Position numbers and translations under genes: made by a program
NCBI RefSeq assembly: GCF_006345805.1
Contig: NC_043001.1
Location: 111,042,001 to 111,106,000, forward strand
Direction: 5' to 3'
From: Octopus sinensis
Taxonomy: Eukaryota
Length of the DNA: 64,000 nucleotides
The notes under the pieces: model-generated
The model's database searches: none
Seen by the model: only the letters and a program-made list of their open reading frames with translations
Told to the model about the DNA's origin: nothing
In this document: positions 51,406-64,000 of the stretch, piece by piece
Numbering within the stretch: the stretch's first letter is position 1
Layout: each line of letters begins with the position of its first letter

Positions 51406-53693
51406 AATATATAAGAAAATAGTAAAGAGTGAAAAAACGACAGAAGGCTTAAATGTTAAAAAATATATATATTTGCGTCAAAATGTCTGGAGAATATTGG
51501 AAAAATTTTTTTCCCTCCTTAAAATGACATAATTTTATAATTTTTAAAGAAATACCGGTTTCGCAGTTAGCTCTTCAAATTTCTTGTGACTTAATGTTTA
51601 TTTTTAATAACGTAATCCTTGTATTTTTGCTACGGAGAGTTCTAAATAAGGGAAAGTAGTGAGTGATTTCTTCCGGTGTAAGGGAGATAATCGCTTAAAA
51701 ATTTTTTTTTTCCTTTAGTGTGAATTTCTCTGTATTATTGAGTTCGGATAGTTGAGTCTGGGTTTGTACTTTTCAATGAAGAATGTTTCCTTATTTAGTC
51801 TAATTTGTGATGATGATCCGAAAGCACATTGGTAAAATGGAAAGATTAAAAATTGTGGTTGTAGTTGCTTTGCGCATTTCTCAATGTGTTCACTAAAAGG
51901 TATCATTCTATATTCTGGGAATGCAATCTGTTGTCGATGCAGTGTGCATCTACGCCTGAGTGATAGTCCCGTGGACCCCACGTAGTCTTGGTGGCAGCCC
52001 GAGCATTTAATGACGTAAATTATGTTTTCAGAAGCACAAGTAAAGTTAGATTTGATCTTGAATTTCTGTCCCTCTTTAAAGAAGAATTCTGATCCTTCCA
52101 ATAGGTTAGGACATGTTGCACAGTTCGAAATACCACATTTTTTTACTTTTGCATCCGTAATTTTAGAAGACAATTTTGCCTTTGTGAGAATCTTTTTAAG
52201 TGATTTAGGCTGTTTGTAGCTTTTAATGATTTGGTGTATGTTTAGAATTTCCTTTAATTTGGGGGTTTTATGAAGTATTGGTAAATTCTGGGTGATGATG
52301 GTGAAAGCTTCTTTGTTTCTGGGGTTGTATGTAGATATGTAAGGTAGTATTTTCGGGGAAGGTGTGTTGTTGTGTTGAACTTTTCTTAAAGTTTCTATGT
52401 TGATTTCTGTTGCACGTCTGATCCCATCCTCTATGAGTTGAGTTGGGTAATGTCTGTCAATTAAGGTGTTTTTGAGTTCTTGCAGTCTGAAGTTCCTGGT
52501 GTTTTGTTCTGACACTATTGTGCATATTCTTCTTGCAAGGTTGAAGGGGATGTTTGTTTTAGTGTGTCTTGGGTGGCATGAACTAAAAAGAAGGTATTGT
52601 TTGGCGTCTGTGGCTTTGTAGAAAATGTCTGTTTCTATTTTAAGGTTAATTTTTTATCCAAGAACGGGAGTTCCTTTTGGTTGTATTCCATTGTGAACTG
52701 TATATTTGGGTTTATGCTGTTCAATAGGTTTTTAAATTTTAAGAGTTTATCTGTGTTTTCATTCCAGAGAATAAAACAATCGTCCAAGAATCGTTTCCAG
52801 TTCTCTTTTTTGTATTGAGAGAGGGGGTTTCCAAAGATTGATAAGGATTCCTGGTAAAAGGTTATTTCCATGGATCCCATTGTTAAGTTTGCAATGACTG
52901 GTGCTGCCCTTGTATTGTCAAACATGAAGTGGTTATTGTGTAGGATGAATTCAATTCATTCAGTAATGAATTCTTTACTGATCCTTTTTGGTATTTCTTC
53001 CGGAAATTGGTTTAACCAGAACTGAATTGCTTCCAGTCCAGAAATTCAAGATCAAATCTAACTTTACTTGTGCCTCTGAAAACATAATTTATGTCATTAA
53101 ATGCTCGGGCTGCCACCAAGACTACGTGGGGTCCACGGGACTATCACTCAGACGTAGATGCACACTGCATCGACAACAGATTGCATTCCCAGAATATAGA
53201 ATGATACCTTTTAGTGAACACATTGAGAAATGCGCAAAGCAACTACAACCACAATTTTTAATCTTTCCATTTTACCAATGTGCTTTCGGATCATCATCAC
53301 AAATTAGACTAAATAAGGAAACATTCTTCATTGAAAAGTACAAACCCAGACTCAACTATCCGAACTCAATAATACAGAGAAATTCACACTAAAGGAAAAA
53401 AATTTTTTTAAGCGATTATCTCCCTTACACCGGAAGAGATCACTCACTACTTTCCCTTATTTAGAACTCTCCGTAGCAAAAATACAAGGATTACGTTATT
53501 AAAAATAACATTAAGTCACAAGAAATTTGAAGAGCTAACTGCGAAACCGGTATTTCTTTAAAATTATAAAATTATGTCATTTTAAGGAGGGAAAAAATTT
53601 TTCCAATATTCTCCAGACATTTTGACGCAAATATATATATTTTTTAACACTTAAGCCTTCTGTCGTTTTTTCACTCTTTACTATTTTCTTATA

Positions 53694-53697
<4 letters not shown>
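51406..53697 (-). mobile_element. Penelope-like element (RT + GIY-YIG), 5'-truncated and defective, with an inverted ~660-bp 3' copy at its 5' end
   Basis: RT: ILHNNHFMFDN|TRAAPVIANLTMG (QxxGxAMG deleted), RFLDDCFILW, FTMEY..LPFLD. Cys-rich linker CGISNCATC. GIY-YIG IIYVIKCSGC..YVGST..RR..H. Arms 51406-52068 and 53039-53697. Confidence 0.92.
53521..53557 (+). ncRNA. Hammerhead-like motif in the PLE 3' UTR (mirrored at ~51548-51584)
   Basis: AGAAA T TTGAAGA GC taact GC GAAA CCGG TA TTTCT; C3U change, extra U and only a 2-bp stem II. Confidence 0.4.
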
Positions 53698-53770
<73 letters not shown>

Positions 53771-53789
53771 ATCTATATCCACATCTATC

Positions 53790-53825
<36 letters not shown>

Positions 53826-54269
53826 GACATAGATCCATATTGTGTAAATACATCTACTTTCATAATATACTCCGTATGAAATCTCACGATGCACTGATTA
53901 TATAGGTCATGTCTCTCGTGTCCGGATACTTACGTTGGTAATTCTTTCATCGGAGTTCGTATAATTGATTCACGGACAGTCAGTTGAGTTACCCGTAAAG
54001 TACGCTTAGCCTCCTATAGAAATTTGTCAACGGATAGATACAAGGTGCCCCAAATTTAACTATTTCAGTGTCATCGGGCATGTTTTTTAAACCCCACTTT
54101 ATATTTTAAAAGGGTATAAATTTCTAATTTTATTTCACAATCTTATAAGTTTTATAAATTCTTATAATTTTATTTTCGTCCCTCTTGGATTTCACTTATT
54201 AGTCCACGATAGGTTTTTTCAAAAAGTTTGGTTCCAATTATTTTCTCTACTTTCATAGTATTTAAATAT

Positions 54270-54672
54270 ATTTCTTTATTGCCCACAAGGGGCTAAACAT
54301 AGAGAGGACAAACAACGACAGACAAAGGGATTAAGTCGATTACATCGACCCCAGTGCGAAACTGGTACTTTTATTTATCGACCCCGAAAGGATGAAAGGC
54401 AAAGTCGACCACGGCGGAATTTGAACTCAGAACGTAGCGACAGACGAAATAGCCATTTCTTTACTATCCACAAGGGGCTAAACACAGAGTGGAGAAACAA
54501 GTACAGGCAAACGGATTAAGTCGATTACATCGACTCCAGTGCGTAACTGGTACTTAATTTATCGACCCCGAAAGGATGAAAGGCAAAGTCGACCTCGGCG
54601 GAATTTGAACTCAGAACGTAGCAGCAGACGAAATACCGCTAAGCATTTCGCCCGGCGCGCTAACGTGTCTAC
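54270..54672 (-). mobile_element. SINE family A, dimeric form
   Basis: Two units; junction at ~54450. Confidence 0.85.
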
Positions 54673-54849
54673 CAGTATTTAAATAGGTTAGCTTGAAGCC
54701 ACCGCACTGAACACTCATTGTGAACAAATAAAATACTCTATACGATATATGGATTACAAATGAATCAACGGAAAAGGTAAGAAATATCGTGAAATTTGGA
54801 TAATCTGACTCGTCAATACAAACATAATTTGGCTAGAAAATAGTCTAGC

Positions 54850-55096
54850 TAAATTTTTTAAATTAAATCAGTTAGCTTTGCAGGCGATAATACCTGAAAT
54901 GCTTCAAAATGTGTTACACAATGCTAAGGATAGATTTGAAATTTGCATAAATACAGAAGGAGTACGTATTGAAGAATTTCAAGTTCTGACGAAAGCTTTA
55001 CAAATCTATGTCTTGGTATTATAAAATTCGGTCAGTTTTTTTTTTTTATTTGCACAATTCCATTAAAATATATAATTAATTCTGGGTCACCCTGTA
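54850..55096 (+). mobile_element. Mariner/Tc1 transposase C-terminus and terminal repeat
   Basis: AIIPEMLQNVLHNAKDRFEICINTEGVRIEEF; terminus ctgggtcaccctg|ta. Confidence 0.65.
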
Positions 55097-56279
55097 TTTC
55101 CCGTAATTATTTTAACTCTTTCCCTTCTCTTCCTTGGTTCGTCTATTGTTTCGCACGTTCTCTCTCATTTTAATAGTATCTAGAGTTAGAAGTCAGGAAC
55201 GGAGATATCTCCCCGCTGGAAATGCAAACCTCTCTAAAGGAAATGCATTGGATATAGATTAGTTACACTTGGATATAGATTAGTTCTTCCTTCCGAAAGA
55301 GAAGTGGCTCCTCGTGCCATTGAACATTTTGTCCGGGTTGCTAACGATTCGGCCAGCTTGCTCCTCGAAGAAGTTTCTATCACTTCATTTTCTTTTATTC
55401 ATAAAGGAATTTTGCGGTCAATTGGTTACGTCTCCGAATGGCGCAAATTTTATAGATATTCAATATCTCTATAACTAAACACGCCCTATTAGGCAAAATA
55501 ACCGTCATAGTGCTAAAACCATGGGTTCAAACTACTTTTTCCGGAGACCATTGATTTTACAATATTAGTAATTTCTTGTGAAACATTACGGGAAACAGTT
55601 TTCATGACATATAACTTATTTTGTGTTTTGCAATCCCCCGCAATAGGGAATAAAATGCATATGACACTACATCCACTCTGCTCTTTGTTGCATAGCATTA
55701 GAAAATGCCCCATGATTTTTATATAGTACTTTATTTTCTCACATGTGCTTCATTTAGAGTAATGAAAGAAGACTAATCTTATGAAAAAATTACTTCAACG
55801 CCTACATCATTTCAACAAATTATTTTACATTTTGAATTATTTTCCTGCTTTGAATATATACATCCGAATTCGTTCATTTATGCAATTATCGAATATGACA
55901 AAACGCTGCGAATGTTATTGGAGTTGGCATTTTGTTTTAAAAACAGCGAAAGTCAAGTTTAGTGTATTTCCCGAAATTCATTAAAACATTTTTTTTTTCA
56001 GTTTTCAGATACAGAACGTTCAGTTTCTAAATTTCTTTCTTTTCCACAGTTAAACTGCTCCCTTTCTAAAGGAACACATTTAACGGTTGTATGAATAGAT
56101 GACAAACGTTTTTCAACTAGTCTGGTGGTTATTCACTTTGCAGATAAGTTATAATAGTTATAATTATGTATCTGCGAATCACTTTCTTAAATACATATAC
56201 ATGCATACACACATACACACACACATATATAAATGTATATATCATATGTATGTATGTATATAAATGAATATATTTTTTT

Positions 56280-56490
56280 TCTACTCTAGACACAAGGCCC
56301 GAAATTTGTTGGGAGGGGAGCCAGTCGATTAGGTCGAACGCAGTACGCAACTGGTACTTCATCTATCGATACCGAAAGGATGAAATGCAAAGTCGACCTT
56401 GGCGGAATTTGAACTCAGATCGTAAACACAGACGAATGGCCGCTAAGCATTTCACCGGGCATGCTAACGTTTCTGCCAGCTCGCTGCCTT
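56280..56490 (-). mobile_element. SINE family A
   Basis: gcaaagtcgaccttggcggaatttgaactcag..ctaacgtttctgccagctcg. Confidence 0.8.
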
Positions 56491-56537
56491 CATACACACA
56501 CACACACACACAACACACACACACACACACACACACA

Positions 56538-56601
<64 letters not shown>

Positions 56602-57369
56602 GTACATACACACACATATATATTATATATATATAATATATATATATATTATATATATATACACACACGCACAGAGAAACAGACAGATACAGATCTATAA
56701 GCCTGTCTACTTGTCTGTTTGTCATGCTGACATAAGTAAAACTTGATATCACCATGACGAATTTAAGATCAGATGTATGGTTTCATTGATGTAGAGTAAA
56801 TATTCACTTCATTAAATATTGGGAAATATATTCATAAATAAAATACAGACTTAACCGGCTTTTTATATACCTAATTCTTAGATGATGGCAATAGCGACAT
56901 CGAGACAGAAGCCTGGTTCTACAGCTAATACTTCAAAAGGCCAACAGAAATGTTAGTACTAACAACAAAATCATATAGAAGAATAAAGTGAAGACGAGCA
57001 GGTGACCACGATGATGATGATGATAGTAGTAGTGCTGGCGGTGTTGACGGTGGCAGTAGCGGGATTAGCGGTGGTGTGGTGATGGTCGTGGTGACGGTGA
57101 TTAATAATGAATAATGTGATTGATGGTAACGATGGCCAAAATGATGGAGTAGATGATGAAGTGATTAGCCACGAAAAAAGAAGGCCCATGTCTATTAAAG
57201 CCCTTAACCTTTCACTATAAATATAATAGTATTAGACTGTATTCGAAATCATGATTCGATCTCATGATTTAAATCTACACATTGTAACAAACATGTTTAT
57301 TCGTTAATAAGCATCCTAAAATGGCATCCTAAAATGGCATCCTGTTGCGATAAAAAAACTAGTATCAAA

Positions 57370-57450
57370 TATTATTATTTTTCATGTCACTACTTGGAAT
57401 CGAACTCGGAATCTTGGAGTTAATAGTCCGCGCTCTTAACCACTAACCGG
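57370..57450 (-). mobile_element. Family C head only
   Basis: Reverse complement ttagtggttaagagcgcggactattaactccaagattccgagttcgattccaagtagtgac followed by a short aataataat. Confidence 0.7.
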
Positions 57451-57474
57451 TGTGCTTATAATCGTAATAACTGA

Positions 57475-57735
57475 AGTCGCGTGGCTTAGTGGTTACGGTA
57501 TTTGGCTCGGGATTGTAGGATTGCGAGTTCGATTTCAGGTGGCGCGTTGAGTCCTTGAGCAAGACATTTTATTTCACGGTGCAAAATGTGTAGTACGTGT
57601 ATTCTCCCTGAGCATTATGTGAAGATGTACGCGTTCCTGCTGAGTGCTCAGCCCCTTGCACGCTAATCTCACAAGCAAGCTGTTCCGTTCATCGGATCAA
57701 CTGGAACCTGCGTCGTCGTAAGCAACAGACAGTCA
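57475..57735 (+). mobile_element. SINE family F
   Basis: gcgtggcttagtggtta..gagttcgatttc..tccttgagcaagacatt..ccgttcatcggatcaactggaacc. Confidence 0.7.
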
Positions 57736-59043
57736 GTAATAAACGTTTACGCTGAGTGGTTGGAGCTGTAACCGTACTGTCAAGAAGAGCTATTTGTGTT
57801 ATTAGCAGCTACAAACTTCCAAAATAATTCAACGCTAGACAGCAAAAATATAGTTGGACACTATTTAAAATTTTCTAGAGAAATATATTGCCTTTAGAGT
57901 AAGTTATATGCTGAACCATTCACACTGCAAAAGAGTAACGGGTATATATTTATATGTATGTATACACGCGCACACACAAAGGCATACACACACATATGTG
58001 TATATGTGTGTGTGTGTGTGCGTGTGTGTGTGTGTGTAAAAAATTAACAGGGAAATCGGAAATTAGGACGTTATATCATGGTCCTCATTAGCTTACAGAT
58101 GTAACGTATGCATAAATTAGTATTTGTGTATCATACTACATCTTCACGGGATCTTTAAAAATGAAGTGCAGTTTTATTTGTGAAAGCATTTTATTCATAT
58201 TCATGCACAGAAGATCATTACCATCGAAGAAAGCATAACCATATGTAGGCAATGAAGATAGGAATTTGAGGGAGAGAAGCCCCTCCCAGAAGTAAATCAA
58301 GATAAAATTTCATGGGTGTCTCTCTCTATATATATATATGTACGCATACATACATACATACCTAAATGTGTATGTATGTATATACGTATGTGTGTATAAT
58401 TATAGGCATAAAGAAGTAGCAAAAGAATATATAAATATAAATATGCGAGACGATGTAATTTTTTTTTTTTTTTGTATGATGAACCTCGAAGGGAGATTTC
58501 AAATGACACAAAGTAATCCCGAAACAGACATTTTTGTAGATATATATGACATAAGATGTTTAAATACCTCATGAAATATTTGTTACTAATTACAGCACCC
58601 GTCACAAGAAGCAAGTTTGCCGGGGGAAATTAAATATTTGAGATATATTTTCCGACATAGTCGTAAAGAGAGAGACTAATTGTGTTACTATTCTGCGATA
58701 GCAACAGTTGTTTATTTGCGTCAGCTCAACTCCCAAGTGTAGGCGTCTTCACGCCAAGCTTTGCTGCTTAAAAACCATTCAAGAAATAATGGATATTAAC
58801 ACTAAAGCGTATTCAAGATAAAAGAATCTTGAGAATTTCATTTCATGATTTATCAACTTCTTTGTCTGATGTACACATTGTTATATAATATATATTTTCG
58901 ACTTAGTATTACTTTTCTTGTTAAAAATTTTAAAGTTTTCAATATACGATTTTACGTTTCGTCCATATTGATCTCTCCTATTTACTCCGAGATTTCACAT
59001 TTTGCCTCACCTATTCTGCCATGCTTTCTCTTGTCTCTTTTGC

Positions 59044-59082
<39 letters not shown>

Positions 59083-59439
59083 CGCACACACACACACACA
59101 TATAGAATTTAGAGACAAACCACTATTTAGTTATTCAATCAATACTGAAAAGATGAAAAGGTATTATCTATAATACCCACATAAAAATTAATTAAATAAA
59201 TTATAATTATTAATCTAAAAATCACAAAACAAATCAAACAATAAATCGACTACTGTGTTTTCCTGACTATATAATATATACATATATACATATATATATA
59301 TATCATATATATATATATATATATATATAGATAGATATATAGATATAATATACTATATTATAATATATTACATATGTATATATATATATATACATATATA
59401 TGTATATATATATGTATATATATGATATACTATAATATA

Positions 59440-59491
<52 letters not shown>

Positions 59492-60177
59492 GGTGCGTCT
59501 GTGTGTATACATGCATACAAGTGTATATATGTATATATATTTACGCACACACAAACACATACACGCATGTATAAATAATTACAGAAAATGTAACACCCAT
59601 ATACAACTCTATGAAAATATTTCGTTTACTTATTTATTACTCGGGAACTTCACTAAAATTTCTTGCAAAATCTTTGGGAAACGTTGCTTGACGTATATTT
59701 TTATGTGTTTTATACAATATGTAGAAAACTACTTTTCTTATCCTCATCCAGTTCTGTCAACAAACTTATATTAAATGATAGATTCATGAATGCGAAACAT
59801 TCCAATAGAGAAAGAGAAATATCAGCCGTTCCAAAAATGACGTTAATGAATACAAGAAAGCGTCTCTCTTTAATTTTCTCATCCATAAACATTATTTAAA
59901 CAACTGAGCAACGTTCAAAAGTACATCATCTTGCAGTTATAAAACGTATGCATTTTTATATTATTAATGCCTCTTATCTTTACTTTATAAAATTCTAAAT
60001 GTCTTACACAGTGAGAATTTAATATTTGTATGAAGGCAAAAAAAATTACCATATTTGATAGTAAGGATGTTCTTTAGAGTATTCCATACGGACTGTGGCA
60101 CACTGTTGAGAAACAACTTTTGTAATGCCCCAACGAAGGAGCAAATATCCTGTCGCTTGTTATTTTATATATATATA

Positions 60178-60487
60178 TCACCGTGATCACCATGACCGAC
60201 CAGGCTATCACATGTTGCTACACATCGCTGGTCACAATGCGCTTCGCCTTGTTTTAGCCTCCAAATGACGCCATCCCGCTGGCTAGCGAGCAGGCCAACA
60301 GAAGAAAGAGTGAGAGAAAGTTGCGGCGAAAGAGTACAGTAGGGATCGCCACCACCCACTGCCGGAGCCTCGTGGTGCTTTAGGTGTTTTCGCTCAATAA
60401 ACACTCACAACGCCCGGTCTGGGAATCGAAACCGCGATCCTACAACCGCGAGTCCACTGCCCTAACCACTGGGCCATTGCGCCTCCA
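60178..60487 (-). mobile_element. SINE family B, long form
   Basis: Aligns with 42270-42575. Confidence 0.85.
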
Positions 60488-60496
60488 CACACACAC

Positions 60497-60563
<67 letters not shown>

Positions 60564-60606
60564 GTATATATATATGTATATAATATATATGTATATATGT
60601 ATATAT

Positions 60607-60651
<45 letters not shown>

Positions 60652-60769
60652 ATATATATAGCCAAATATGCTGAAATGGACATATTGTCCATAACCATAT
60701 ATTTTTTCACAATATGCACGCTACTCGAAAAAGGTAGAAAGAAATTTCTAAAAAATTCCATTATTACCA

Positions 60770-61010
60770 TATCCGACCGATTTCAGGGTTAGTTCATAGG
60801 ACCCTCCCTTCACCAGTGATAAATGTGGCAAAGAAATAAATGAGATACTTATCGCACCCGTGGAAGAAGCAAAACACTAAGCCATGAGCACAACTAAGTA
60901 CCTCAAATACATATATATATTTATTACTAATTGGACAGCCATGAAACGATCGTAGTTTCCAAATGTACTTGCTAAGTCTAGTGGAGTTAATTAAGTTTTT
61001 ATTTTTAAAT
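60770..61010 (-). mobile_element. PLE remnant: endonuclease fragment plus degenerate hammerhead (60770-60821)
   Basis: NSTRLSKYIWKL (T.LSKYIW.L motif). TATCA CTGGTGA AGGG..CCCT GAAA TCGG TC GGATA. Confidence 0.55.
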
Positions 61011-61373
61011 GAATTCATATGTTGTGCGATTCTTAATTTTATTTTAGAGGAAGTGGACCCTATATATATCGCGTTTGAGTTATTATTATTATTATTATTC
61101 TCATCATGTAATGTAACTATACATTTATACGCTACATCGTTAATATCACATTTATTATTTAATTTACATTTAGTTTTATCTCTACATGTACAGTTAATTA
61201 GTGTCTTATCTTTATTATTGGTATTATTATATAATTTATTTTTATATATAATAATTTACTCATTATCTTTAATACGTTTGATATATATTTAAATAATATA
61301 AATTAATTAATTTTATGTATTGGCTTAAGTTTTTCATTGTTTGATTTGCCTAATAGTGGTTTTATCTATAATT

Positions 61374-61416
<43 letters not shown>

Positions 61417-61519
61417 GTCTCACGTCCGCTGTGCCATATACTATCGTTTTATACTTTCGCATATTATTTTTGGCAGAAGAGAAAGTCAGTACCCATCGCC
61501 TTTTAATATTTCTTATAAT

Positions 61520-61740
61520 TAAGGCTGTGAGCTGGCAGAATGGTTAACACGCGGGGCAAAATGCTTTACAGCATTTCGTCCGACTTTACATTTAGAGTTC
61601 AAATTGCACTGAGGTCGAATCTGCTTTTTATCCGTTCGAAGCCGATTGAATAAGTACTAGTTATACACTGGTTTCTATCTAATCGATTAGCCCACACCCC
61701 TTGAAAATGCTGGTCTTGTGCCAAATTTGAAACCAATATT
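61520..61740 (+). mobile_element. SINE family A (degraded)
   Basis: gagctggcagaatggttaacacgc..gagttcaaattg. Confidence 0.7.
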
Positions 61741-61974
61741 TCTTATACACGAAGGCAATTGAAAGGAGTGGAGAGATTTCACTGAAACCGAGAACCATGT
61801 TATACTACTTTTTTCCAAAGTTTTATACAAAATAGAATCACTAAAAACCAGGTGCTGATCTGAAATTGCACCACAACCCAACAATGAAGAAATGTAAAAG
61901 TTTGATGTTATGCTGATGCTCGTAGTCCTGCTAATCCCGCTAATCCTGCTAATCTATTACTTTCGGTTATTCTT

Positions 61975-62160
61975 TTACTGTTTACTTGTTTCAGTCATTT
62001 GACAGCGGCCATGCTGGAGCACCGCCTTTAGTCGAGCAAATCGACCCAAGGACTTATTCTTTGTAAGCATAGTACTTATTCTATTGGTCTTTTTCGCCGA
62101 ACCGCTAAGTAAACACGCCAGCATCAGTTGTCAAGCGATGTTAGGGGGACAAAGACAGGC
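61975..62160 (-). mobile_element. SINE family E 3' half
   Basis: cagtcatttgacagcggccatgctggagcaccgcctttagtcgagcaaatcgacc. Confidence 0.8.
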
Positions 62161-62321
62161 ATAGAAACATATACGCACGCATACATATATATATATAATA
62201 TATACATATATATATATATACATGTATATATACTAGTATATACATATATATATATACATATATATACATATATATACATATATATATATGTATATATATA
62301 CATATATATATATACATATAT

Positions 62322-62369
<48 letters not shown>

Positions 62370-62413
62370 TATATACCACCATATATATATATAATACATA
62401 TAATATAAACACA

Positions 62414-62473
<60 letters not shown>

Positions 62474-62478
62474 ACACA

Positions 62479-62526
<48 letters not shown>

Positions 62527-62557
62527 GCGCGAGAAGAAGCAACAAGAATGGATAGGT

Positions 62558-62647
62558 TTTTAGTACAATCGTTTCATACAAGGACAGGCTTTATTAAAAG
62601 TTGTAAAAATTACAGCATATAACGTGTCCCGTACTCATCAGCTAAAA
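62558..62647 (-). ncRNA. Type I hammerhead ribozyme with extended stem II, intact core
   Basis: TTTTAG CTGATGA GTACGGGACA..(38 nt)..TGTCCTTGTAT GAAA CGATTG TA|CTAAAA; 6-bp stem I; predicted cleavage between 62564 and 62563 (GUA). Confidence 0.72.
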
Positions 62648-62660
62648 TACATGTGAGTTC

Positions 62661-64000
62661 TCTAGACATCCTAGTGGTTGAGGCTATACTCATGAAGTAA
62701 TGTAGATAATTAAGTAACATAAACAGATTTCCAGTTCATTAAAGTTCTTTAAAGATGATGTACAGTCTTATCACAGAATTTTAAAAAAGTTCTAATAGCA
62801 TCACAGAGAATGTGACCTAATCCATAGAGCACATATGAATTTCCAGAGATATGATGAGGGATTACATACTCACAGAAGACAAATTTATCCATTGTTAATC
62901 ACAACGAGGTGGGTCTCAATTCCTGCTTATTAGCATTACAGAGAGGGTGAATTAATCCTTTGAATAGATGCACAATTTCCAATGGTGTAGATGTAAGTTT
63001 CCAGAGAAATGAAGAGGAATTTCATATTCACAGGCGATAAATTTATCAATGGTTGAACACAATGAGGTGGTATCAATTCTTGTTATATGATTAGGTATTT
63101 GCCACATAATCACATTACTGCTATTACAAGAGGCTGTAGCTATTTAACTTTTAAAGGCTGAAGGGCTTTCTAGAGAGGCCAAGAATAGAAAGGGAAGGGA
63201 ATAGAAGAAAAGAGAGAAAATAAAGGAGGAGGGAGCAAAAAAAGGGGTGGAGGGGACTAAAAGAGACTAATTCGTCTGTATAACTAGAACCCTCTTTTTT
63301 ATTTTTATTTTTTCCCTTCTTTCCCTATTTCTTTCTCTTTTCTCTTTTTTCTGTTTCTTCTTCTTATTCTCTTTTTCCTTTTCTCTTCTCTTTTAGTCCC
63401 CTTTCCCCCCCTTTTTTTTGCTCCCTCCTCCTTTATTTTCTCTCTTTTCTTCTATTCCCTTCCCTTTCTATTCTTGGCCTCTCTAGAAAGCCCTTCAGCC
63501 TTTAAAAGTTAAATAGCTACAGCCTCTTGTAAATAGCAGTAATGTGATTAATGTGGCAAATACCTAATCATATAACAAGAATTGATACCTACCTCATTGT
63601 GTTCAACCATTGATAAATTTATCGCCTGTGAATATGAAATTCCTCTTCATTTCTCTGGAAACTTACATCTACACCATTGGAAATTGTGCATCTATTCAAA
63701 GGATTAATTCACCCTCTCTGTAATGCTAATAAGCAGGAATTGAGACCCACCTCGTTGTGATTAACAATGGATAAATTTGTCTTCTGTGAGTATGTAATCC
63801 CTCATCATATCTCTGGAAATTCATATGTGCTCTATGGATTAGGTCACATTCTCTGTGATGCTATTAGAACTTTTTTAAAATTCTGTGATAAGACTGTACA
63901 TCATCTTTAAAGAACTTTAATGAACTTTGGAAATCTGTTTATGTTACTTAATTATCTACATTACTTCATGAGTATAGCCTCAACCACTAGGATGTCTAGA
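62661..64000. repeat. Large inverted repeat running off the window end (arms 62661-63266 and 63387-64000, spacer ~120 bp)
   Basis: The last 40 nt of the window are the reverse complement of 62661-62700. The arms differ mainly by 1-nt indels and homopolymer length. Confidence 0.92.

Noticed and set aside
15540-61620. tRNA-like segments with A/B boxes
   Set aside because: They lack complete cloverleafs and continue into SINE bodies, so they are SINE heads rather than tRNA genes.
1065-62581. Dozens of listed ORFs rich in YI, TH, CV, N, L or SIYL
   Set aside because: They are translations of (TA)n, (CA)n, (AAT)n, (CTA)n and (ATCT)n tracts, not genes.
1-64000. CRISPR array or prokaryotic operon
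   Set aside because: No regularly spaced repeat-spacer structure or operon-like ORF packing; the sequence is eukaryotic repeat DNA.

Overview
AT-rich, microsatellite-dense eukaryotic intergenic or intronic DNA. The repeat families look like those of Octopus (inference from recalled SINE families and the (TA)n/(AAT)n/(GATA)n density; not database-checked). No host protein-coding gene is recognisable, and most listed ORFs are microsatellite read-throughs. The window is a mosaic of decayed transposons: three R4/Dong non-LTR fragments plus a discrete ~555-bp element stacked in (AAT)n arrays; two CR1-type LINE fragments; a Tx1/L1-like 3' end in (GATA)n; a Penelope-like element (PLE; RT + GIY-YIG) with an inverted 3' copy and many PLE terminal-repeat remnants; Tc1/mariner remnants; a TIR MITE; two Helitron-type elements; several tRNA-derived SINE families; and a U6 snRNA pseudogene. 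The most interesting hidden layer is RNA-structural. About a dozen minimal hammerhead-ribozyme (HHR) motifs occur, four with intact cores. One sits in a repeated chimeric element built as tRNA-like Pol III head + (TAA)n spacer + PLE-type hammerhead tail, a candidate Penelope-mobilised ribozyme SINE. Many fold-back palindromes of graded age are also present.
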